DNA of 64,000 nucleotides from an uncultured virus (IMG/VR IMGVR_UViG_3300027917_000001) (Duplodnaviria; Heunggongvirae; Uroviricota; Caudoviricetes): IMG/VR virus record IMGVR_UViG_3300027917_000001. The stretch is one strand, 5' to 3'. The notes under the pieces are model-generated. The model searched no databases, was not told the DNA's origin, and worked only from the letters and a program-made list of their open reading frames with translations. The number at the start of each line of letters is the position of its first letter. Position 1 is the first letter of the stretch. Of the stretch, positions 1 through 9,200 are shown one piece after another. The position numbers were made by a program, and so were the translations under genes.

Positions 1-396
1 AATAAGGGAACGTCTGGGTATACAAACGGTGACGAGGTGAACGTTGTTGCGGTGCGAGACTTCGATGCAGAACTTGCGCCACGTATGTTCAAGCAGCGAT
101 ATAATTTGGCACCTGTCGGAACCGATATGAACGGTGTCACGAGTGTTGGATTATACTACTCAGTGTTACCGGACACGATGGACATCACTGTCACTGACAT
201 GAGTACGATCGACATGGACATGCCAGACGAGTTCATAGACTCGATAGTTACGGAGCTGGCATTGTATATGGCGATCAAGGACAACAGGTCACAGGACGAG
301 ATTGCGGTATTGCAGATCGAGGTTCAGCAAGCCGATGCGATCTTCTCCGCTGCGGTCGGTAACTTCAGCAGGACTACACGACGGTTCAATGAGTAA
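1..396 (+). CDS. Head-tail adaptor / tail tubular protein A-like (5' partial)
   Basis: Frame is open from base 1; C-terminal 'DMPDEFIDSIVTELALYMA' helical pattern; directly precedes the nozzle-like gene. Confidence 0.5.
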   Translation, partial: NKGTSGYTNGDEVNVVAVRDFDAELAPRMFKQRYNLAPVGTDMNGVTSVGLYYSVLPDTMDITVTDMSTIDMDMPDEFIDSIVTELALYMAIKDNRSQDEIAVLQIEVQQADAIFSAAVGNFSRTTRRFNE

Positions 397-2371
397 CCCT
401 CTTCAGGTCTATACAGTTCCATCGTTCAATGGTGGCGTCAACGACTTCGCTGCCGTGTTCGGCGGGATGCAGGAAGACGAAAGCCTTGAGATCCACAATG
501 GAATACTCGACGGTCTTGGTCGTATCACGCTACGTCGTGGTGCCGTAGTCACTGATACGTTACTGGATTCCACGGCTACCGAAATCGACCAAGTGTTATG
601 GGTAGGTCCATGGCAGAATGGTATGGCTGCCGTTGGTTGGTCCGATTCTGATGGCAAGGCATGGTTCTACAGCACGACAAGTCAGGATGGGAGTGGCTTC
701 ACTGTCATGCCTGCTTCTTACGCCACACCGCTATATACCGGTAGTGATATCCCAAAGATCGTGGCGCAAGAGATCGAGGCGCCGACTGAGGTACGATTGT
801 ACTTCTGTGATGCAGACCAGAACTACAACCTCAAGTATGTATCAGGTAACATCGGATCAGAGACGATCACGGAACCAACTGAAGACTTCAACGATGGTAA
901 CGGGGTTCGGGCGCTGACCCCGAACTTCGTTGGTGAGTTCAATTACCACCTATTCATTACTGGTTTCGAAAACTACGGCGAGCATCAAGCTGGTCGTGGG
1001 GCCGAGGTCGTACGATACTCCACCCCGGGCCTAGTCAACGACCCAACAGAGGGCACGGCATGGCGGGACCTTGACTTCGAGCCAATCGGTAGACCCGGAG
1101 AGCCGATCAGATTACTTGGTAAGGTTGGTGGCGGGCTTGTGATCGTCAAGGAAAACAACCTGCACTACTGGTGGGGCTTTGATTCCCGCACGTGGGGACA
1201 CAGGCACATACACGCTCAGTTTGGTGGCGAGAACGAGCGGTTTGTTCTGGCACAGGACTGGTTGTATTACATGAGCAACCAAGGCCCGTGTCGCACAGAC
1301 GGGCGCGAGGTGCAGTTCATCAGCCAGAACATACGAGAGTTCTTGCAGGGTGTTGACGACACGGAGAAGACCGTCATCATCCACAACCCGACGAAGTTTC
1401 AGGTCATCTATGTCTTTATGGACGCTAACGATTCGACAGCATGGCCATCTCTTGCCAAGGCATTCAGTTACCTGAGCAATGCATGGACTGATGGTAGGTG
1501 GTTCGAATCGTATGCTGACGTACTCCATGTACACAGTAGTTCAGTTGTGGGTACCGCAACGTTGCCAATACCGGAAGACGCACCATACGATCTTGCATTG
1601 GAGGAACTGGAAAGCGAGGTAACCTGTTCAGTACAAGCAAGGCTGACATGGGTGAACGGTGACACCGCACCTGCGACTACAACGTGGATCTATCGTATCA
1701 ATCAGGTAGCGGCTCCCATTACAGCAGATTGGACAGGGGCCGAAGTATATGATACAGTAGCTTCTGGTGTAGCTGCTTACATAGATTCAGATATCGCATA
1801 CGGCGAGACGTACTGGTACCAGATCCGGCATCGACGCAACAACGTATTCTCTAACTGGAACGACGACGCGACAGATCCGGCGACGACCGATGTGTCTATC
1901 ACCATGTCTGCCGCGCCCACCGCACCAACAGCACCAAGCGGATTCTCAGCTACCGACGTGTCGGAATGCAACGGTGCTGCGAGTACCTGCCCCACAACAC
2001 AGCCCGGAGGCACGGTCACGTACAAAGTCCAGCTCGACTGGACGAATAATCACGGTGGCATAGAGGGTGAGAATGCGTGCCGCATCGAGATCTGGGGCAA
2101 CAGGTTTACTGCCTCACCAGAAGACTACGAGTTGATGAAGACCGTATCATCTTGGGACTTCGTGAACGAGCAAACGTATGCAACCCAGAGCACAACAGTA
2201 ACTCTCGAAGCTGATACATCTGCGCCATATGGACCACTACATAACTATTTCAAGATTCGCGTGGTACATAGGCGACGTGGTGAGGACTGCGGAAAGTATT
2301 CTAGCTTCACAACAGAAGATGGTCCTGTTATTGACGAGAACCCGTGCACATGCGCGTCCATTCCGGTATAA
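389..2371 (+). CDS. Tail nozzle / tubular protein B-like (P22 gp10 / T7 gp12-like), N-terminal part, with C-terminal FN3-like domains
   Basis: Start reassigned to ATG 389 (MSNPLQVYTVPSFNGGVND); 'F.GG.N', 'ITLRRG', 'VRYS' propeller motifs; 'YGETYWYQIR' and 'APTAPSGFSA' FN3-like motifs. Confidence 0.6.
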   Translation: MSNPLQVYTVPSFNGGVNDFAAVFGGMQEDESLEIHNGILDGLGRITLRRGAVVTDTLLDSTATEIDQVLWVGPWQNGMAAVGWSDSDGKAWFYSTTSQDGSGFTVMPASYATPLYTGSDIPKIVAQEIEAPTEVRLYFCDADQNYNLKYVSGNIGSETITEPTEDFNDGNGVRALTPNFVGEFNYHLFITGFENYGEHQAGRGAEVVRYSTPGLVNDPTEGTAWRDLDFEPIGRPGEPIRLLGKVGGGLVIVKENNLHYWWGFDSRTWGHRHIHAQFGGENERFVLAQDWLYYMSNQGPCRTDGREVQFISQNIREFLQGVDDTEKTVIIHNPTKFQVIYVFMDANDSTAWPSLAKAFSYLSNAWTDGRWFESYADVLHVHSSSVVGTATLPIPEDAPYDLALEELESEVTCSVQARLTWVNGDTAPATTTWIYRINQVAAPITADWTGAEVYDTVASGVAAYIDSDIAYGETYWYQIRHRRNNVFSNWNDDATDPATTDVSITMSAAPTAPTAPSGFSATDVSECNGAASTCPTTQPGGTVTYKVQLDWTNNHGGIEGENACRIEIWGNRFTASPEDYELMKTVSSWDFVNEQTYATQSTTVTLEADTSAPYGPLHNYFKIRVVHRRRGEDCGKYSSFTTEDGPVIDENPCTCASIPV

Positions 2372-2374
2372 AGT

Positions 2375-3601
2375 ATGGCTCAGAACGTATTCCTAGGTGA
2401 AGCGGCCGGTGGTCGCATAGTAAAACTGGAGACAGGCGTACAGGACATCAACGCCATCCGTGGTGCTAATGTCATTACTGGGCTAGCAGAGGACACATTT
2501 GCTGCGAGTTCCAATACGAACCTGCCAGACTGGGTTCCTACCGGCTCCAAGGAAACGATCATTGGATTTGGTGGGTGGACATTCAACAAGAACGGCGTGG
2601 CACCAGACAACCCGTACAACTGGAAGGTCTACACAAACAGTACTACGGGCAACGACCATTCGTTTAGTCCATTTAGGGCACGTTGCAACAACGACATAGC
2701 TGACAACAACTTCAGGGTGTACTCAAGTCTGGGTCGTGACGGTGTTGACATCGTTGGTTCTACGTGCGGTATCAGGATTCTGGTCGATGGCACCGAAGAT
2801 GCTGACACCGAGAAGGATGGAGTGGACATCGTGTTCGAGAGGACGTCTTCATCGACGGCGAACTTCATCGTACGCGAGTGGATTGATGGATCGAACGTTC
2901 AGTCCAAGTACTTCTATTCGTCAGCAGGCGGTGCCACTTGGTCTTGGGGACTCGCGCAACTCAACTGGGGACTGATGGTTGATTTTGCCGATGATGTCAT
3001 ATCGCTGTACTTGGGTGACGTGATGACCGATGGAACCTATGTTCTTGCGAACCAAGTGGATATGTACAACAGTGGAGTACTGGACAACCAGTACACCTTA
3101 ACGACGAGCAGGACAGGCAAGAACCGGATCGGTATGGTCTCGGGTGCCAACCCGAGTTCTGGTAAGGGACGGATAGCGCACCTGTATGTCGAGTCTGTAG
3201 GTACTGGTGGCGAGACTGAGATGACCGAAGAGTACGTTGGTCCAGACTTGAAGTGGCGATCAAAACCATACTCACCGGCTGGTGAGGGAGCGATCCACAA
3301 CTTCAGGCGCATTATCTTTGCCATACGACACAATGCTGGCTTCCAGTTCCTACTGATACCATATGTTGATGGCATCGAGCTGATGGACGAGGACGGTAAT
3401 AGCCAGAGGCAGATACTGGTCAATCAAATCGAACCAGAGCAAATTGTACTCGAACCATTGGAGGTCCCGATCAATGGTCGTGGACACAACCTGTCGTGGA
3501 CACTGATTACCGGCATCATTCCGGGTGACTTTTATATCGAAGGCGTTGCGATCGGGTTCAGGCCCGAGCGTGGATTGCCACTAGAATCACAAGGGAGTTA
3601 G
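2375..3601 (+). CDS. Tail nozzle C-terminal part with an inserted beta-rich (lectin-like) domain
   Basis: Begins 'VFLGEAAGGRIVKLETG..D' and ends 'WRSK...GRGHNLSW...IEGVAIGF', resembling the C-terminal sandwich of nozzle proteins. Confidence 0.45.
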   Translation: MAQNVFLGEAAGGRIVKLETGVQDINAIRGANVITGLAEDTFAASSNTNLPDWVPTGSKETIIGFGGWTFNKNGVAPDNPYNWKVYTNSTTGNDHSFSPFRARCNNDIADNNFRVYSSLGRDGVDIVGSTCGIRILVDGTEDADTEKDGVDIVFERTSSSTANFIVREWIDGSNVQSKYFYSSAGGATWSWGLAQLNWGLMVDFADDVISLYLGDVMTDGTYVLANQVDMYNSGVLDNQYTLTTSRTGKNRIGMVSGANPSSGKGRIAHLYVESVGTGGETEMTEEYVGPDLKWRSKPYSPAGEGAIHNFRRIIFAIRHNAGFQFLLIPYVDGIELMDEDGNSQRQILVNQIEPEQIVLEPLEVPINGRGHNLSWTLITGIIPGDFYIEGVAIGFRPERGLPLESQGS

Positions 3602-3604
3602 ATC

Positions 3605-4345
3605 ATGGTTCCTCCTGCTGTTGCTGCTGCTGGCATCATGGCCGGTGGCCAGCTATTGGGCGGTCTCTTTGGTGGTGGAGGCGGGATCGGTAAAGACGAG
3701 ATCAAGATGATCCTGCGACGGCAGACCGAACAGGAACGTCGTCGTGCTAAGGAGTTTGCTGCCGGTCTACCAGAATACGAGGCGATGGCTGAGAGGTTCG
3801 GCGGGCTCAGTTCGGACTACTTGACGCAGGGCGCCCGAACGATGCGCGACTACCTTGGTGGCCTTAGCGACATCGAGACCGATATCACAACGCGCCTTCA
3901 GGACCGTATTGCCGGGATACAGGGTGAGACGCAGACGATGCTTGGCGAGTACATGCGATCGTTCCTGCCTGAAGCACAGCGAGCTGGCGTCATGCGCGGC
4001 TTCTCCCCAAGAGGAGGGGCTACCTCTCGTGCAATCGGTGAGATGGCCGAGCGTGGTGCCCAGACCGCTGGTGAGTATGCGTCATCTCGGTTGCAACAGG
4101 CGATGTTTGATGTCATTCCAGCCCAGATGCAGCTCGCTGGTATGCGTGGCGCTGCCGGTCAGTGGCAATCCGAGATGGGAATGGGTGCTCTGGGTTCCGA
4201 GGCAAGCCTGCGTGAGTCCATCTTCGGAGCACGGATGAACACACCTTATGCTACCGAGGCATTGGAGCAGGGTGAGGACTTCCAAGTCTCTAGTGGATGG
4301 GGTAGTAGACTGGCTGACTTCATCAGGAAGAGGGCGTTGAAATAA
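3605..4345 (+). CDS. Internal virion (ejection/pilot) protein
   Basis: Gly/Ala-rich N-terminus 'AAAGIMAGGQLLGGLFGGGGG' followed by Gln/Met-rich helices; position after tail genes. Confidence 0.6.
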   Translation: MVPPAVAAAGIMAGGQLLGGLFGGGGGIGKDEIKMILRRQTEQERRRAKEFAAGLPEYEAMAERFGGLSSDYLTQGARTMRDYLGGLSDIETDITTRLQDRIAGIQGETQTMLGEYMRSFLPEAQRAGVMRGFSPRGGATSRAIGEMAERGAQTAGEYASSRLQQAMFDVIPAQMQLAGMRGAAGQWQSEMGMGALGSEASLRESIFGARMNTPYATEALEQGEDFQVSSGWGSRLADFIRKRALK

Positions 4346-4719
4346 TGGACCTGAACTCAATGCTCATGTATGCAATGGCGAATCGCGCCCCTTCTTTTGG
4401 TTCACGCCTTGCGAATGCGATCGGTGGCGGCATGGCCCGTGTCGGTGGTGCTTGGTTTCAACATGAGATGAACAAGCCAAAGACACCGGAGGAGGCCGCA
4501 GAGGACCAGAAGGAACAACAAGAAAAGGCGACCGGCGTACTTACACCCGAGGACCCGCTCATGCCGCCAGATGAGGCGACAGGCGGGTCGCAGCCAGAGA
4601 CCCAACAGACAAGTTTCCGCCCGATCACTGGGCCGGGACAGGGACCGCAGTTCGGTCAATTTGCCAGACGAAACCGGCCACGTCTTTCGGTATTCGAGCG
4701 TAATGGCTTTAGGAGATAG
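4345..4719 (+). CDS. Putative internal virion protein
   Basis: TAATG coupling to upstream gene; RLANAIGG amphipathic motif. Confidence 0.5.
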   Translation: MDLNSMLMYAMANRAPSFGSRLANAIGGGMARVGGAWFQHEMNKPKTPEEAAEDQKEQQEKATGVLTPEDPLMPPDEATGGSQPETQQTSFRPITGPGQGPQFGQFARRNRPRLSVFERNGFRR

Positions 4720-4721
4720 TA

Positions 4722-6239
4722 ATGGTCAGCATTAGCTTCTTCAGGTCGCGTGGACCGGAAGCAATTACACCACGCCCATCAGACCGTGACCGGCTTGAGA
4801 TACAGCTATTGACCCAGCGTGCTATGCAGCCGTCCACATCCGAACGGCTTGCCAATGCCATCGGTGGCGCTGCCACTGTGTTTGGTCAAGGCATGTTCGA
4901 ACATGCGATGCAAAAGGAACGGCTGGAGTCGTACGAACGTCAGGCTGGTATGCGCAGTCGTGAGTATTCCGCTGCCCAGAGGCGCCTAGATTACAACGAG
5001 GGTATTGTTCCACAGGAAAACATCACACGAATGCTACCTGACACAGAGGTAGCGATCGACAGGATGGAGCGGGCCGCTGAGAGAGGGAGGGGATCAGTCA
5101 TCAGGGGGCAGGTCCGTACGGATTTGCCTCCTGTCGGCCTACGAAGCGGTGACCCACTTGAGGGTGCTCTGTTCGGTGATGTTGACCTGAGGCCGACGAT
5201 GGCGCCAAAGACGTTTTCAAAGTATCCAGTTGGTTCTGTCGAGCACATACAGGTCCCGGGTGGTAGTATACCGGTCCCAGTCGAAGAGGCGCCACCAGAT
5301 CCTGTGACCGGCGCTCCACGTGTGCGTCTGTTTAGTCGCAGTGCAGAGGGGCGTGACCTTGCTGTCAAGTCAAAACTATTTGAGCAGCAGCAGGCGTCTA
5401 AAGTAGCGTCTGAATACCAGATGTTCCGACGCGTGAACGAGGCGTACCCGGACTTTGGTCGTGACATGGGTGCATTTGATGCCGAGGTTGCCAAGCAGGG
5501 TGGGTATTCTGATATCTGGGGCAAACTTGTCAGTGGTGAGATCACGGAGCGTGGTGCAATCAACCGCGAGGCTCGTGAGCGTGGCGAGGAGGAGAGAAAG
5601 AAACTCGAATCGGAGGCCGTGGCAGAGTTTCTGTCGCCGTACATGCTTGAGGGTAAGTCTGCTGAAGAGGTATACAACGAGATACAGCAGTACAAACGTG
5701 ACTATCCAGCCGCTTGGATGCGCATGCCGACGTCTGTCAAGCGTATCACTCTGGATGATATCGAGCAGTTCCGTCGTCGGTCCACTCCACAGCGGTTCGA
5801 CTTCCTCCAGTACCTGTTTGGAATGGGAGGTAGCGCACCAACTCTTGGTGGTGGTAGCCCAACCAATCCGCTGGGCTTCAATAACCGAAACGTCGAGGAC
5901 GCGAGGAAGAAAGGCATCGAGACAGAGGAGAGCGTACTCAACGACTTCTCGCCCGACGATAGACTTGCGGCCCTCGAAGAGGTTGGAGTATTCGTTGACA
6001 GGATCGCCACATCGAGTGGGCGTACGGAGCCTACGGTCAATGATCTCGTGGCTGCGATGGAGCGTGTATCCAACGACATGTCTGACGACAACCCGAACAA
6101 GCAACTCTATCTTGCAACCATGGCCCGTATGCTACGATACTACATCGAGCAGGCAGAGGCCAACGATCCGAGTATGATGGACGTGGCATTGAAGACACCG
6201 ATCGCTATCGGTGATGCGATCGCGCACCTTTTTAGGTAA
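4722..6239 (+). CDS. Putative internal virion protein
   Basis: 505 aa, AGGAG RBS, helical/charged, in the ejection-protein cluster. Confidence 0.55.
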   Translation: MVSISFFRSRGPEAITPRPSDRDRLEIQLLTQRAMQPSTSERLANAIGGAATVFGQGMFEHAMQKERLESYERQAGMRSREYSAAQRRLDYNEGIVPQENITRMLPDTEVAIDRMERAAERGRGSVIRGQVRTDLPPVGLRSGDPLEGALFGDVDLRPTMAPKTFSKYPVGSVEHIQVPGGSIPVPVEEAPPDPVTGAPRVRLFSRSAEGRDLAVKSKLFEQQQASKVASEYQMFRRVNEAYPDFGRDMGAFDAEVAKQGGYSDIWGKLVSGEITERGAINREARERGEEERKKLESEAVAEFLSPYMLEGKSAEEVYNEIQQYKRDYPAAWMRMPTSVKRITLDDIEQFRRRSTPQRFDFLQYLFGMGGSAPTLGGGSPTNPLGFNNRNVEDARKKGIETEESVLNDFSPDDRLAALEEVGVFVDRIATSSGRTEPTVNDLVAAMERVSNDMSDDNPNKQLYLATMARMLRYYIEQAEANDPSMMDVALKTPIAIGDAIAHLFR

Positions 6240-6244
6240 GATAC

Positions 6245-9200
6245 ATGGCATCCAGAGATCCGCAGCAGGGCAATGGTCTTCTTGACCTTCTGACTGAGGA
6301 CGAGAAGCAGGGTCGTCCTCCACAGCAGACGGCCGTACGTGGTGGTCTTCAGGGACTGAGTACGGAAGGTGTCGAAGGTCCAGCGGGGCTCCGCAAGATC
6401 TGGCAAGAGATCAAGGCGGCTGTTGGTACACGAGAGGGACTCGAAGAGCTGTCAGTACGTGCGCTTCAGGGGTTCCATGAGACCGCCGCGAAGATTGGAT
6501 CTCAAGTGAAGTGGGGTGCCGCCAACTCTCCGATTGCATGGCTGCTCAGGGCAGACCCGGACATAGATAAAGAGGACGTTCGCCGCTGGATCGACAAAGC
6601 TGGTGAGGGCGTCGAGCGTGTAGCTGGCGCAGCAGCTCGTGCCACGATCATCGGTGGTCAAGTAGCGGCCGGTCAACATGCGGCTGCTGCCGAAACTATC
6701 GCTGAAGAGGGTCCGCGTATGTTCGCCCGCCTGCCTTCAGTCGAGGAGGTCGAGACGGCAACACGTAAGATCGAGGAAGCTGGCGAGCACGTACCTACAG
6801 AGACGCAGCGAATGCTGGCAGGCGATATCGCACCGATCGCCGTAGCCGGTGGTATCACGGCGCAGCTTGGTGCCACGATCCCGTCATTCGGTCGTCTGAT
6901 TAAGCTCTCCAAAGGTGAATCACTGGCACGCATCGCTGGCAGACTGGCGGTCAGAGGTGGTGTCACTGGTGCTGCTTTCGGTCAGGTCGAGGAACCGGGG
7001 AACGTCAAACGCAGCCTGCTGGACGCCGCACTTTTTGCCACCCTCGATCCGATGTTCGGAGCGGGCGGGCGGGCCATCGGGAGACCCCTTGCCCGGGCCG
7101 CTGGTAGGGCTGGAATCGAAGTTCGGGGGCGTCTCCTCTCCGAGGTACTCTCAAGGGGCAAAACGCAGCCAGAGGCCGAATTTGCGCGAAGAGTGGCAAC
7201 TGGGCAAAGTCTACGAGATAGGGTTACCGAGCGCATGGCACGTGGTCAGATGGTGCCGGAAGATGAGGCCCGGGTATTCATCGCTGGACCGGAGGGTACA
7301 CGTATTGCCGATCGCCCACGGACCATGGCCGAGAACGTCGATCGCATTGTAGAGTTGAGGCGCAGGATCAGTGAAGGCGCACCTGACGATCTGGACTGGG
7401 AAACCATGCAGGCCATGGACGCCATGCAAGACGTGATCCTTGAGCCAGTAGAGGGTGGCCCGCTTTCCGTCACTCTCGGTCGTCGCGTACAGGTCGAACG
7501 GATCGACAGGTCTGGCCAAACAGTAGACCCACTCCTTGAGGCAGCAGAGTCTTACGAAAGAGATGTCGTAAACATACTGGCAGAGCTGCGGGCGCGAGAA
7601 GGTATGCTGGCACGTGAGATGATGACGCCAGATGAGCGCAAGTCGATTCTCAAGCTTCTCGAAGACACAGCCGTTGATGTCTATCAGCGTGGCAACAAGG
7701 GACATGAAGAGTATGCCGAGGTATTGGAGCTAGCACATCGTCTAGGCTTCAGTGACGCCGAGATTGCTCTCATGACCGAAGTGCGTGCTGGCGCACCGAC
7801 AGCGGCACGCACATCAGAGAAGGCGCTCATTACCAAGAACACGCGCAAATCCGAGCGGCCATATCGTGTCACATTCTTTGACGACCGTAATATGCCGTCC
7901 GGTCACATGGACGCTGAGTCACCGGCCGAGGCATTGGCGTTCGCTGAGAGGTATGGCTTCAAGCTTGACAACCCGGACGCGCCAAACCCGCTGAACCAGT
8001 CGCTTAGTATCGACAAGGGCTCAGAGGGTTGGGCCAACGCACGCATCGAGCAGGCGATTGATGACGTGGCTGGATGGGACGTCTACCTCAAGGACTTGCC
8101 ACCGGGAGAGATGCCAAACTGGGCGGCTGAAATCGACCGCGTAAACGCAATACGCGCCGACGTTCAAAACCCACACCCTGACTCGCCGTTCTCAAAGGTG
8201 CCGATGTCACCAGAGGAGTTCGAGCGCCGTGTTGCTGAGCGTGCCGCACACTTCGAGCGCACAACAGATATACCGAATCCAGATGAGATCATAGATGACC
8301 TGATTGGTCGTGCCCGTGAAGCTGACTTCATCGGTGAGATCCCAGAAGAGGCATTCATTGACCTTGAGGCACCGCCAAGCCGACGACCGCTGACCATGAC
8401 AGAAGCGGAAGAGCGTGCGATCAGCCGTTCTGGTCTGACAGAACACGAGGAGCAGATCGTTGCCAGATCAGACGATGAGATGGTACGTGCCTTGCAGCAA
8501 GGTGATATGGGTCGTGGCGCAGCCGCCGCTCGCAGGAAACTTGACGTCCAGCGACGGGCCGAGAGGATCGCGCAAGAGCGACTCGAAGGTGTAACAATCG
8601 AGTATCATGGTGAAGGAGAACCCACGGCTGCCGGTGAGGCCATTCACAACTATACGGTCAGTACACCTACTGGTACAGTCGATGCGGTGGTAACAGAGAA
8701 ACTTGGTGGTAGGATACTAGACGTCGCAGTCACCAGAGAGTCCACTGGCGCCATGATCGCAGACTTTGAAGAGCCGGGGCTCAAAGCTTTCATCGCGCAT
8801 CTTGCTGAGCGATTCCCTGATGCCGACGCTTTTGGTACCGTTCGCCCGAAACCCGGGTCTGTCAACGCGGCGATCGAGGCTGGTACGAGTACCATTGACG
8901 AGTTCGTAGTTGACGGATACCTACCGGACTTCAGAGGCTGGGCCGGGACAGGTGGACCCGTCAATATCATCAATATACCGGAAGTACGTGCGGCAGCAGA
9001 GCAACACATTGGCTCGCTTGCGCGATTCGGTCTTGACTATGGTGGGGAGAACTTGCTGGCGAGGACCGTAGTGGATATCACAAAGGCACTTGGCCCAGCA
9101 AAGAAGATGACGTGGAGTGAGGCCAGAAAGGTGGCGGCATCCTTGGGTATCAACCCGTCGTTGCTGGAGCGTAAGCGAGCCACCTCACTTACTCGTAATG

